Positions 25,563-35,567 of a stretch of DNA of 64,000 nt are shown piece after piece. The notes under the pieces were generated by a model. That model was not told the origin of the DNA. It worked only from the letters and a program-made list of their open reading frames with translations, and ran no database searches. Both the position numbers and the translations under genes were made by a program. How positions within the stretch are numbered: the stretch's first letter is position 1; each line of letters opens with the position of its first letter. Origin of the DNA: an uncultured Saccharospirillaceae bacterium (GTDB lineage: Bacteria; Bacteroidota; Bacteroidia; Flavobacteriales_D; CAJJDF01); NCBI GenBank assembly GCA_950054195.1, contig CATLPG010000009.1, positions 7,943-71,942 of the forward strand. The letters are read 5' to 3'.

Positions 25563-28500
25563 TTATTGATTATTAATTAACTGATAATCTGCAACAGCCT
25601 TGTTGTATGACATTATTTGATTCCAGTAATTACTGTTGTTAGTAGCTACTAATTGAAGGGTGTTTAATAATTCTAAATAAGAAATTTCACCTGCCTCATA
25701 ATTTAATTGAGCAATTTGAATCATTTTAGGATTAATATCCTCTATTTGTTTTTTATATATCTTAACACCTTCTTCGTATAAATGTATAGATGCTTCTGCT
25801 TTTGCTATTTTTTGTTTCAACTCAAGCTTTTTACTTTGATTAAGTTCATTTATTACTTTTACTTGAATTTGTTGTGCTACTATTTTTCGCTTTGTTTGTC
25901 CTCTAAAAATATTAAACGAAACACCTGCCTGAGCACCACTGTACCAACCTCCAGAATAGTAGTTTTGTGCTGCATATCCAATGTTGAAATCGGGTTTAAG
26001 ATCTGCTTTTAACACCTTAATTTTTGCTGTCTCAATAGCACTATTCTGGTCATTTATTTTTAGATAAATGTTTGAATCCAATGGCATATTTGGAACGTAG
26101 TTTTCTTTATAGATAGAATCAACCCCAGTTACTGAAGTACTCGAGTTCAAAAGCAATTCAAATTGTTGATACAGTATGGATAGTTCAATTTCATTCTGTT
26201 TAAAAAGAACATTGAATTCATTCCATTTAGATTGAAGAGAAAGTAGTTCTATCTGATTCGTCTCTCCTGTCTCAACTCTAACTTTAGCTCTATTATAGTT
26301 TTTCAAATAAGTTTCTGTCAATGAAGAATATAAAGTTGCTAATTCTTGTTTGTACTGAATTTCATAATACAAATTTTTCACTTTCCATTTAAGCTCATTT
26401 ATTGCTATTTGTTTGGAAAGTGTACTTTTTGTAATCATTTGTTCTTGCAATTTATTTGCGGACTTTGTAACACTGGGGTTTGGAATGTTCTGTACTATTC
26501 CAATTTGGTTTACTTGCTGTCCAAAATCTTTATCAACTAATCCATCTCCTTGATATGAAACATCTGTTTTACCTAAACTATATTTCATTTTTAATGCTTC
26601 ATTCCTCTCTATTTCTAAATTAGCAGCCTTTATATCAGGATGATTTTTTAATGCCATGTTTATTGCACTATCTAGTGACAATGTTTTTGTCTGAGAAAAA
26701 GAATTACTAGTAAAGCCAAGCAACATTAATCCCACTACTATTGCTGTTGTTGGAATATTATTTTTTCTAATAGTCCAGCTTTCCAACCAATAGTATAAAA
26801 TTGGGAGAATAACTAAAGTAAGAAAAGTTGCAGTTAACAACCCGCCTATAACAACTGTAGCAAGTGGTCTTTGAACTTCTGCTCCTCCTGACGAAGATAT
26901 CGCCATTGGTAAAAAACCAAGTGAAGCAACAGCAGCTGTCATTAAAACAGGTCTTAATCTAACTTTAGTACCAATTAAAATACGTTCTTTTAAATCTGTC
27001 ATTCCTTCCTTTTTTAACTGATTAAAATAACCAATTAATACAATTCCGTTTAATACAGCTACTCCAAAAAGAGCAATAAAACCTATTCCTGCCGAAATAC
27101 TAAATGGCATTCCTCTTAACTCTAATGCCCAAATCCCTCCAATTGCCGACAATGGAATTGCAGTAAATATTAATGCTGCTTGCGAAATAGAACTAAACGT
27201 GAAATACAACAAAATAAAAATAAGACCTAATGCAATGGGTAGGGCAACAGATAACCTTGCATTGGCTGCTTTAAGGTTTTCAAATTGACCACCATAGGTA
27301 AAATAATATCCAACAGGTAGTTTTAGCCTAGCATTTAATTCTTTTTGAATGTTTTCTACTAACGTTTACACATCAGTATCTCCAACATTAACACCAAGTA
27401 CAATTCTTCTTTTAGTATTTTCTCTAGAAATTTGCATTGGAGCATTTACTAAATCAACATCAGCAACATTGATTAAAGGAATTTGTGTCCCATTTTCTAA
27501 AGAAATAAAAAGATTTTCTACATCTTGTTGATTAGTTTTGTATTGTTCATCTAACCTTAAAACTAAATCAAATCTTTTTTCCCCTTCGTAAATCACTCCT
27601 GCCTTTTCTCCTGCAAAAGCAGTTCTTATCACTTGATTTACATCTTTAATATGAAGCCCGTATTGAGCCATTTTATCATATTTATATGCAACAATAATTT
27701 GAGGCATTCCAATTGTTTGCTCCACATTAACAGTAGCAACTCCGTTTAGTCCTTTGATTATGTTTTCAGCTTCTTTCGCTTTTAAATAAAGAGTATCTAA
27801 ATCCTCTCCAAATAATTTAATCGCAATATCGGCTTTTGTTCCAGTCATTAATTCGTTAAACCTTAACTGAATTGGTTGTGAAAACTCATAGCCAACTCCG
27901 GGTAAATTTTCTAGTGATTCTTCAATTTTTTCAAACATACCTTGCCTATCAGATGCAGTAACCCATTCATCTTTTGGCTTCATTATTAAAGTAGCATCCC
28001 CAATTTCCACAGGCATAGGATCTGTAGGGATTTCGGCACTACCTATATTTGTAATAACTTCAATTATTTCAGGGAAATCTTTTAATAATTTTTTCTGAAC
28101 CATTTTGGATGTCTCTATGCTTTGAGAAAGTGAGCTACCAGGAGGTAAAATTTGTTGCATAGCTAAATCTCCCTCTTCTAAGGTCGGTATAAATTCTCCT
28201 CCCATTCTACTAAATGCAAATGCACTTACAAGAAATAAAAATACAGTAGCACCCACAAATATCTTTTTATAACCTAAAGCTTTATTCAAAATTGGCGTAT
28301 AACCTCTTTGAACAAAATCTATGATTTTGTCTGCTATTGTTCTCTTATTAGAAACTTTCTTATTTAAAAATAAAGCAGCCATCATTGGCACGTAGGTTAA
28401 TGAAAGTATTAAAGCCCCTGCAATTGCCAACATAACAGTTTGAGCCATTGGTTTAAACATTTTACCTTCAATTCCTACTAAAGCCAAAATTGGTATATAT

Positions 28501-29870
28501 ACCATTAAAATAATTATTTCTCCAAATGCTGCAGAACTTCTAATTTTTTGAGAAGAAGAAATTACTTCGTCATTTATTTCATTTTGAGTAAGTATTTTAC
28601 CTGCGTGTTTAACTTGCATCCTATGCACAATAGCCTCTACAATTATTACAGCACCATCTACAATTAACCCAAAATCAATAGCTCCTAAACTCATAAGATT
28701 TGCACTTATTCCTAAAAGATTCATCATTGATACTGCAAATAGCATAGCAAAAGGAATTACAGAGGCAACTATTAATCCTGCCCTCCAATTACCTAATAGC
28801 AATACCAGAATAAATATTACTATTAACCCTCCTTCGATAAGGTTTTTCTCTACAGTTCCAATTGCAGTTTTAACTAGTTTATCTCTAACTAAATATGGTT
28901 CTAAAACTACACCTTTTGGTAAAGATTTTTGAACTTGGATAACTCGTTCCTTTACTAGAGCTGTAACTTCTGCTGAATTCGCCCCTTTAAACATCATTAC
29001 CCTTCCTCCAACTGCTTCTTCTCCATTTCTTACTAAAGCTCCATATCTAGGTGCCTTCCCAAATTTAACAGTTGCTATATCTTTAATAAGAACAGGAATG
29101 TTGCTATTATTTTTGATTACCACATTGCCAATATCTTCCTTTGACTTTGCAATACCCTCTGACCTAATGTAATAAGCATTAGAGTTTTTTTCAATGTATG
29201 CTCCTCCTGTATTTTCGTTACTTTTTTCTAAGGCAAGAAACACCTCTGAAATACTAATTCCAGTAGATTTTAAAACGTCTGGATTTATAGCAACTTCATA
29301 TTGTTTTAAATAACCTCCCATTGAATTTATTTCAGCAACACCTTCAATTCCTAAAAGTTGTCTTTTTACAATCCAGTCTTGAATTGTTCTTAGTTTCATT
29401 GGGGAATATTTATCTTCAAAACCTTCCTCTGGTCTAATGACATACTGATAAATCTCGCCCAACCCTGTAGAAATGGGTGTCATTTCGGGTATTCCGAGCC
29501 CATTTGGAATAGCTTCTTGAGCGGCTTTAATTCTTTCTCCAACCAATTGTCTGGCAAGATAAATATCATACCCTTCTTCAAATACAACTGTTATAGTTGA
29601 AAGCCCAAATCTAGAGGTTGATCTAATCTCTTCTACTTGTTGTAAGTTTTGTAAAGCAAGCTCTACAGGGGTAGTAATAAATTGCTCTATTTCTTGTGTA
29701 GCAAGTGTTGGAGAAATAGTAATTATTTGAACCTGATTATTTGTGATGTCTGGAACAGCATCAATTGGCAGTTGACGAATGGAGAATATACCCCATATCG
29801 TAAGGGCAGCCATAAAGAGCCCTACCATAAACTTATTCCTTACGGAATAAGCTATTATTTTATCAAACAT
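25563..29870 (-). pseudogene. czcA: CzcA-family RND permease fused in frame to a TolC/CzcC-like OMF, interrupted by a single in-frame TAA (27366-27368)
   Basis: ORFs 27366..29870 and 25563..27212 share one frame, and the 153 nt between them is open. It reads ...GVNVGDTDV*TLVENIQKELNARLKLPVGYYFTYGGQFENLKAANARLSVALPIALGLIFILLYFTFSS.... After the last RND TM helices (ILPILYYWLESW) the frame continues without a stop into a signal-like segment and an OMF (QTKTLSLDSAINMALKNHPDIKAANLEIE...). Confidence 0.8.
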
Positions 29871-29938
29871 AATGATGTATTTTATAAATTAAACGTGAAA
29901 ATTAAAATAGACAAGACGTACTTATCCATTGATTTTGT

Positions 29939-30262
29939 TTAACCTATGCTTGGCGGATGCCATACCCCTCCTTTGAAATCAAAAGAATAATTAGAAATAT
30001 AATTTGGGTAGTGTTGAGAATTCTTAGCTTTTTTCTTTGAATAAATTAAAGAATATAAAGGAAGGTCTATTGATGTACCACAACATTGACAAATACAAAA
30101 AGGAGTACATCCATCATCACTCTCTGAATCATGATTATGAGAGCTATCTTCTACATGAGAAATCGAATGTTCATTATTGTATGAAACTACCATATCATCC
30201 CCACAAGGCATTATTGATAACACCAAAGTATATAAAGCTAATATGAATGTAAATACTCTCAC
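29939..30262 (-). CDS. small Cys/His-rich membrane protein preceding the RND pump (resembles the family I recall as DUF6660)
   Basis: MRVFTFILALYTLVLSIMPCGDD...HNHDSESDDGCTPFCICQCCGTS has one N-terminal TM helix, then a Cys/His cluster. It lies directly upstream of czcA. Confidence 0.55.
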   Translation of the reverse strand: MRVFTFILALYTLVLSIMPCGDDMVVSYNNEHSISHVEDSSHNHDSESDDGCTPFCICQCCGTSIDLPLYSLIYSKKKAKNSQHYPNYISNYSFDFKGGVWHPPSIG

Positions 30263-30305
30263 GCAACAAATATATATATAAAATGATGCAAGTGAGTTGC
30301 AAAGT

Positions 30306-30716
30306 TTATTTGCAAGTTCCGCAAATACCTTTAATTACCATATTTGCTTGTTGCATCTCAAAGTTTTTAGGCAATTCGATAGTTGGGACATTTAGCTCTG
30401 TTAAACAAAATGTTTCTTTACACATATTGCAATGAAAATGATAATGTAAATCTATTGGAGAACAACTACACCCTTCTAAACATAACGCATATTTTAAATG
30501 CCCTGTACCATCTTCTATGCTATGAATGATCTTACTATTTTCAAATGTTTTTAAAGTTCTGAAAAGAGTGCTTTTGTCTGCCCTTTCAAATGCTAATTCA
30601 ATATCTTGAAGAGAAACAGCCTTATTTTGTTCAGTTAAAAATTTTAATACCAACAGACGCATTGCTGTTGGTTTAATAGAATTGTCTTTGAGTTTATGTT
30701 CTAGTTTTTTGTTCAT
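30306..30716 (-). CDS. Fur-family metalloregulator (Zur-like)
   Basis: The winged helix reads PTAMRLLVLKFL...SLQDIE...DKSTLFRTLKTFENSKIIH. Metal sites are HYHFHCNMCKETFC and a C-terminal CGTCK. It is the first gene of the minus-strand metal island. Confidence 0.8.
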   Translation of the reverse strand: MNKKLEHKLKDNSIKPTAMRLLVLKFLTEQNKAVSLQDIELAFERADKSTLFRTLKTFENSKIIHSIEDGTGHLKYALCLEGCSCSPIDLHYHFHCNMCKETFCLTELNVPTIELPKNFEMQQANMVIKGICGTCK

Positions 30717-30764
30717 ATATAATTTAACAAACGAATTTAATTAAAAAAAGTAAGATGAACACGC

Positions 30765-30862
30765 TATGAAGTGGTTATGGGATGAGATGATGTTGTTATG
30801 AACATGTTATGAGATTGTAATGGGGTGAGATGAGGTTTATATGGAGTTTAGTAAAAATAGTA
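30765..30862 (+). repeat. C-depleted tract with reiterated GTTATG / GAGATGA motifs
   Basis: This 98-nt stretch contains a single C. GTTATG occurs at 30774, 30795 and 30806, and GAGATGA at 30784 and 30827. Eleven ATG triplets occur in about 85 nt. Confidence 0.4.
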
Positions 30863-30863
30863 C

Positions 30864-30896
30864 ATAAAAAAATCCAGTCTATTTCTAAACTGGATT
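30864..30896 (-). terminator. intrinsic terminator of the minus-strand pair 31443..30917
   Basis: On the minus strand it reads AATCCAGT-ttagaaatag-ACTGGATT followed by TTTTTTT, 20 nt after the stop of the 30917..31195 ORF. Confidence 0.6.
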
Positions 30897-30916
30897 TGTT
30901 ATAAATATTGTTGAAG

Positions 30917-31195
30917 TTATTTCACGTTATTACGGTATTCAATCAAACTTTTAATGCTTGATTTAGATATTAAGACAGTATCATTCTCAATTTTACCAAT
31001 CAATAGTTTACTACTAAGTAAAACCTTTAAATCATCTTCTGTCCATTTGAACTTGGTTCTAATCTCCGAGAACTGTTCAAAAATTTCATCTATTGTCAAA
31101 AGTTCCATTAGGACTAATTGTTCTTGTTTCTGTAAAGATATTGATTTACTATTGAAATTCAGTAGCATGTCATGTAAATAGTTGTTTTGTTTCAT
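30917..31195 (-). CDS. small hypothetical protein (paralog of 31219..31443)
   Basis: It shares a pattern with its neighbour (LT..E(I/L)...(F/Y)......(K/G)WT......(L/M)..S.LL(I/V)G......(V/A)(L/M)I..SS/ES(I/F)..L(I/M).Y.N). It may be DNA-binding. No family recognised. Confidence 0.4.
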   Translation of the reverse strand: MKQNNYLHDMLLNFNSKSISLQKQEQLVLMELLTIDEIFEQFSEIRTKFKWTEDDLKVLLSSKLLIGKIENDTVLISKSSIKSLIEYRNNVK

Positions 31196-31218
31196 ACACA
31201 GTTTGTAAGTATTTATAC

Positions 31219-31443
31219 CTAGTCTAAGTTTATATCTCTACTACGGTTAACACGGTTAGTATATTTCATTAATTCAATAAAACTTTCTTCTAATATCATA
31301 GCCGAATTATGTTTTCCACTAATAAAGCCAACCAATAAGCCACTTCTAAACATCACACCAATTTTAGTAGGTGTCCAACCAATTTTCTTGGCATCAGGAT
31401 AGAGTTCGAGCAACTCAGTTGGTGTGTAGTGAGTAATTTCCAT
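31219..31443 (-). CDS. small hypothetical protein (paralog of 30917..31195)
   Basis: See 30917..31195. It is the first gene of a two-gene minus-strand unit divergent from the main + strand block. Confidence 0.4.
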   Translation of the reverse strand: MEITHYTPTELLELYPDAKKIGWTPTKIGVMFRSGLLVGFISGKHNSAMILEESFIELMKYTNRVNRSRDINLD

Positions 31444-31664
31444 ATTGATTTCTTAGAGGGGCAGATCCCTTACATATAACGGATTATCTATAAAAATGGT
31501 ACACTCATTTATGAAAAGGTTCAATTTAACAGGTAATCGTAACTTTTTTTAACAAAAAATCCATCTTTTTCATTAAAAAGCAGGTACGTGTACCCCCCAT
31601 GTCCCCCCCTTAGGTTGTCGTCTCCGTATTTTCTACTTCGGAAATTTGAAGAAACAATACGAAA

Positions 31665-31871
31665 ATGACCGAGTTAAAAAATAGCTTTTACATCACACCA
31701 AAGGATATTCAGATCCTTAATGGTTGTGCTATAAATGCCGCTCGGAGAGAACACCTAGCCATACGAGATTCACTTGGCAAGACCAAAAACCGATTAAGTG
31801 TTTATGAATACTGTGAATATTGGCAAGTAGATCCAGAACATGTGATTAGGTATCTCAATCAATTTCGATAA
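31665..31871 (+). CDS. small hypothetical protein, first gene of the + strand block
   Basis: This 68-aa ORF has coding-like composition and sits at the head of the divergent intergenic region. It may be a regulator. Confidence 0.35.
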   Translation: MTELKNSFYITPKDIQILNGCAINAARREHLAIRDSLGKTKNRLSVYEYCEYWQVDPEHVIRYLNQFR

Positions 31872-31915
31872 GCCCTCAAAAGACAACTAATTATTAACCC
31901 TTAAAATCAAACGAG

Positions 31916-32236
31916 ATGAGAATTGATAAAAAAGACATTAATATTTTTCTGGCTCTTTGGATAAAGAGTGATCCAGAATTATGGGGAGAATTGAGAGATA
32001 TTCAAATCAAATTGCTTCTTCAAAGAATCGTAAAAGAAAAGTCTTTTGCAGAAATGGCAAAAGAACATAAAGTATGTGAAACAAAACTGAGGCAAATTTT
32101 TGAAGCCATATTAAAGCGAATAGAAATAGGACTTAGTAAAGAGGTTGCAAATCATTTAAGAAACATCAACAACCTACTTGAAAGAAAAAATGTGATGCGA
32201 ATTGAGCATGATTTTAACCAAGTTTTCTTGAATTAA
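31916..32236 (+). CDS. small HTH protein resembling sigma-70 region 4 / LuxR-type
   Basis: KSFAEMAKEHKVCETKLRQIFEAILKRIE fits the helix-turn-helix pattern of sigma region 4. Confidence 0.4.
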   Translation: MRIDKKDINIFLALWIKSDPELWGELRDIQIKLLLQRIVKEKSFAEMAKEHKVCETKLRQIFEAILKRIEIGLSKEVANHLRNINNLLERKNVMRIEHDFNQVFLN

Positions 32237-32344
32237 GCACATCAATTCACACCAAAACACACCAATTCAACCCCATCCACACCCTTTTGAAAATGAAGTC
32301 GATAGAACCTTCTCAAATTTGGTTAAATCAAAAAACAAAATAGT

Positions 32345-32560
32345 ATGGAAGCATTACTGGTAATCAATTCACTTTTAGTAGCCATTTGTCTCTACTTCAT
32401 CAAAGATTTTCATGGAGATTTTAAAGAGACGGCAAAGAAAGTAAACAAGCTTGGAGAAAAAGTTCAAGCCATTTCGAACCGATTAAATGAGCATGTGCAC
32501 TCGGTTAAAAAAAAATTAAAAAATCTGCGTGACGATCACAATGGTCGAGTTAAACAATAA
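32345..32560 (+). CDS. small single-pass membrane protein with coiled-coil tail
   Basis: An N-terminal TM helix (ALLVINSLLVAICLYFI) is followed by a charged helical region. Confidence 0.4.
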   Translation: MEALLVINSLLVAICLYFIKDFHGDFKETAKKVNKLGEKVQAISNRLNEHVHSVKKKLKNLRDDHNGRVKQ

Positions 32561-32575
32561 GAACAGATCCATAAA

Positions 32576-33082
32576 ATGAAAGCAATTAGGTACATAGCAT
32601 TAGGCATTGGAGCATTTTTCGGAGGGAGATATTTACTCTCTCTCTCCAGAGCAGGTAACAAGGCAATAGTTAGCGTAAGTGGAAAAAGAGGTCAAATATC
32701 AGCTCAGGGAATTAATGTAGCATTGAATTATAACATTAAAAACCCAAGCAGAGCGAATTTAAAAATCTCACCACCCTTAGTAAAACTATACATCAATGAA
32801 AAGTTGATAGCAAGCAGTACCATGAAAGATGTTGAGATTCCTGCTTCTGTACAAGATTCAAAAGGCAAAATTAGTATCAATGCTTTTAGTGAAACTGGAA
32901 ATATAACAACAACTATTCTAGTTCCATGGCTCAGCATTGTATCAATTAGTCCAACCATTTTATCTCGCCTTCAAAGTGGAGATAGCACCCAAAAAGTGCA
33001 AGTAACTGTTGAAACATTATCTCACGCATTTACAGCTATTGGAGATTTTCCTTTAGATGACAAAACAACCATTCAGTTATAA
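32576..33082 (+). CDS. membrane-anchored beta-sandwich protein (LEA_2/NDR1-like pattern)
   Basis: An N-terminal TM helix is followed by ALNYNIKNPSRANLKISPPLVKLYINEKLIASS, which resembles LEA type-2 domains. Confidence 0.35.
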   Translation: MKAIRYIALGIGAFFGGRYLLSLSRAGNKAIVSVSGKRGQISAQGINVALNYNIKNPSRANLKISPPLVKLYINEKLIASSTMKDVEIPASVQDSKGKISINAFSETGNITTTILVPWLSIVSISPTILSRLQSGDSTQKVQVTVETLSHAFTAIGDFPLDDKTTIQL

Positions 33083-33096
33083 GCAATTAGCAAAAA

Positions 33097-34848
33097 ATGA
33101 AAACAGGTAAAAGACATATCAAAAGTGGAGATGGATTTAATCATTTGTTTCCAACACCACAAGGAAAAAATGTAGTGGTAAAAAAAGTTGCACACCTTGA
33201 CGATACCATTCATTTGATGAAAAAAGTAGTATCTACCACCTTAGAAGACACTTTTGCAATTGCTCAAATGCTAAAAGCTTCAACTGAAGAAGATACGTGT
33301 AAAAACATCTGGAACTTTTGCTTTACTCATTTACAGTACACAAAAGATGAAATGGGCAAAGAACAAGTAAGAAGACCCGCTCGAACTTGGAAAGATAGAA
33401 AAGCAGGTATTGACTGTGACTGTATGAGTGTATTTATTGGTTCAATCTTAACGAATTTGAATATCCCTTTCTCATTTCGATTAACCAAATATAGATCACA
33501 CGAATTTGAGCACGTTTACCCAATCGCACACACAAATAACGGAGTAATAATCTTGGATGCAGTAGTACACAAATACAACCGTGAAGTACCGTATTCAGCA
33601 AAAAAAGACATAAAAATGGAATTGCAATATTTAAACGGATTCGAGGAAGAAGACTTTAGCGAATTCGAGGAACTTGACGAGTTTTTAGAAAACGATTATC
33701 CAATGGATGCTCAAGGCATGCTGATAGATGAATCACAAGATTTAGAAGGGTTAAGAAGCTTTTTTAAAAAGGCGAAAAGTAAAGTTAAAAGTGTAGCCAA
33801 AAAAGTTAGTGTCAACAACATAAAGAAAGGGCTAAAAAAAGGATTGCATGCAATTAATAGAGTAAATCCTGCAACAGCACTTTTAAGAGCAGGTGTACTA
33901 GCAAGTATGAAGCTCAATATTATGCAAGTAGCGAGTAAACTTCGATTTGCCTATTGGTCAGATAGTCAAGCAAGCAAAAACAACATGGATATGAACAAGT
34001 TCAATCAACTAAAGCGTATTCGTGAGAAGATGGAAAAAATCTTTTTTGGAGCAGGAGGAAAAACCGAAAATCTCAAAAAAGCCATTTTAACAGGGAAAGG
34101 AAATAGAGACCGAAGAGTGACTTTAAATGGATTAGGAGAAATTATCACTCCTGTTTATGATGAAGATGATTTACAAACAATACTTGGAGAGGAACTTTAT
34201 TCAGATGAATTTTCGGAAGTGGAGAATGGAATAAATGGTTTGGGAGCAGTAGCAACAGGAACAGCAATCGCTTCTGCAACTGGAGTATTGGCAACCATAT
34301 CTGCATTAATCAAAAAGTTAGGCGACTTATTTAAACAAGGAAGTCCACAAGCACAACAGGAAGTCATTCAAGCAAATACTGAAAACAGAGAGGAACAAAC
34401 CAGAAAGTTTAGTTTGAAAAACTTAATTAATAATTTTTCTAATAAAACGAGTTCTCCAACCCCAATCATTCAAACAAGAACTACACAAGCTTCAATACCA
34501 GAGCCAGTAGTCGTTTCTCCACAACCTCAAATTGTTGAGCCTTTCAATACTAAAGAAAGTGTAATTGAGCCAGAAACAGAGCAAGAAGAAAAAGGAATGA
34601 TGGCATGGGTCAAAAAGAACCCATTAAAAGCAGGAGGAATTGCCTTGGCAGTAGTTGGAGGAGGTTATTTGATTTACAAACAAACTCAAAAGAAAAAGAA
34701 AGGACTATCTGGAATAGATGGAACGCTTGGAGCACCCAAGAAAAAATCGACAAAAAGAAGAAGTACAACAAAAAAACGCACCAAGAAAACCAGAAGAAAG
34801 TCTCCTGTGGCTAGAGCATCTAGGATTAAAAAAATTGAACTGCTCTAG
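33097..34848 (+). CDS. transglutaminase-like (Cys-His-Asp) fold protein with C-terminal TM helix and very basic tail
   Basis: The motifs GIDCDCMSVFIGSIL ... EHVYPI ... IILDAVV have the spacing of transglutaminase-like cysteine proteases. A TM helix (GGIALAVVGGGYLIY) is followed by KKKSTKRRSTTKKRTKKTRRKSPVARASRIKK. Confidence 0.45.
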   Translation: MKTGKRHIKSGDGFNHLFPTPQGKNVVVKKVAHLDDTIHLMKKVVSTTLEDTFAIAQMLKASTEEDTCKNIWNFCFTHLQYTKDEMGKEQVRRPARTWKDRKAGIDCDCMSVFIGSILTNLNIPFSFRLTKYRSHEFEHVYPIAHTNNGVIILDAVVHKYNREVPYSAKKDIKMELQYLNGFEEEDFSEFEELDEFLENDYPMDAQGMLIDESQDLEGLRSFFKKAKSKVKSVAKKVSVNNIKKGLKKGLHAINRVNPATALLRAGVLASMKLNIMQVASKLRFAYWSDSQASKNNMDMNKFNQLKRIREKMEKIFFGAGGKTENLKKAILTGKGNRDRRVTLNGLGEIITPVYDEDDLQTILGEELYSDEFSEVENGINGLGAVATGTAIASATGVLATISALIKKLGDLFKQGSPQAQQEVIQANTENREEQTRKFSLKNLINNFSNKTSSPTPIIQTRTTQASIPEPVVVSPQPQIVEPFNTKESVIEPETEQEEKGMMAWVKKNPLKAGGIALAVVGGGYLIYKQTQKKKKGLSGIDGTLGAPKKKSTKRRSTTKKRTKKTRRKSPVARASRIKKIELL

Positions 34849-34901
34849 TGAATTAATAACAAACAGTCAGAAAAGTTTAAACAGCATAAAAACTAAATAA
34901 G

Positions 34902-35504
34902 ATGAAAAAGAAAAAAAATAATAAATCGAAAGGGATTCTTGCTAAGTATAAGGCTCAAAAAACAAAGGGAGACCTTAAAGGAACAGGACTTAAAACACTT
35001 GTTGACTTACTTGTTGGAGCTACAATTGGTGCAGGGATTGGAGCAAGTGCAGGTAGAGCATCTCTTCCAATAGGACTTGCCTTAATAGCGGGTAGTCATT
35101 ATATGGATGAAGATACAGGTATTTTAAGACTTGCAGGATCTGCCACCATTGCCTATGGAATTGGAAAAGCAATTTCCAATAAAAATTTAGCAGAAGCTAA
35201 TGCCATAAGCGGTTTTACTTTGGCAGGAGAAACCTCCAAAGCAAAATCGAGATTGGTTCAGTTTAAAGATGAATTAATTACTGCATTCTACTTGGATAAA
35301 GTCATTAAAAAGAACAATAAGGAAGAAGATACCCAAGTAGGAGCTATTGATTTATCCAGTCTGGAAATTTTCGATAGAAATAATCAAAACGAAGCATTAA
35401 AGTATGAAATGAATGCGGATGTTTTGCCTGAACCAACAGCAGATTATGAAGAAGATGATTTTGCTTTTGATTTAATCGAAGAACCCAATCTAACAAATAT
35501 ATAG
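34902..35504 (+). CDS. Gly/Ala-rich multi-pass membrane protein with basic N- and acidic C-termini
   Basis: MKKKKNNKSKG... is followed by hydrophobic Gly-rich segments (LVGATIGAGIGASAG, LPIGLALIAGS). The C-terminus reads EPTADYEEDDFAFDLIEEP. Confidence 0.4.
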   Translation: MKKKKNNKSKGILAKYKAQKTKGDLKGTGLKTLVDLLVGATIGAGIGASAGRASLPIGLALIAGSHYMDEDTGILRLAGSATIAYGIGKAISNKNLAEANAISGFTLAGETSKAKSRLVQFKDELITAFYLDKVIKKNNKEEDTQVGAIDLSSLEIFDRNNQNEALKYEMNADVLPEPTADYEEDDFAFDLIEEPNLTNI

Positions 35505-35567
35505 AGCATGTCCTTGGGGCATAATTATTAACCCTTCCGCAATGAGCGGATATAAAAATAAAAAGTC

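Larger units (their letters stand above)
21782..30716 (-). other. Zn/Co/Cd-type metal efflux island (7 co-directional genes)
   Basis: This minus-strand run, in transcription order, is a Fur-family regulator, a Cys/His-rich protein, CzcA-CzcC, CzcB, an ICMT-like protein and a P1B ATPase. Confidence 0.7.

Noticed and set aside
34605-34900. Two alternative-frame ORFs (34605..34814, 34718..34900) overlapping the 3' end of 33097..34848.
   Set aside because: They arise from the A-rich Lys/Arg-coding tail read in other frames. They have no independent start context and no coherent composition.
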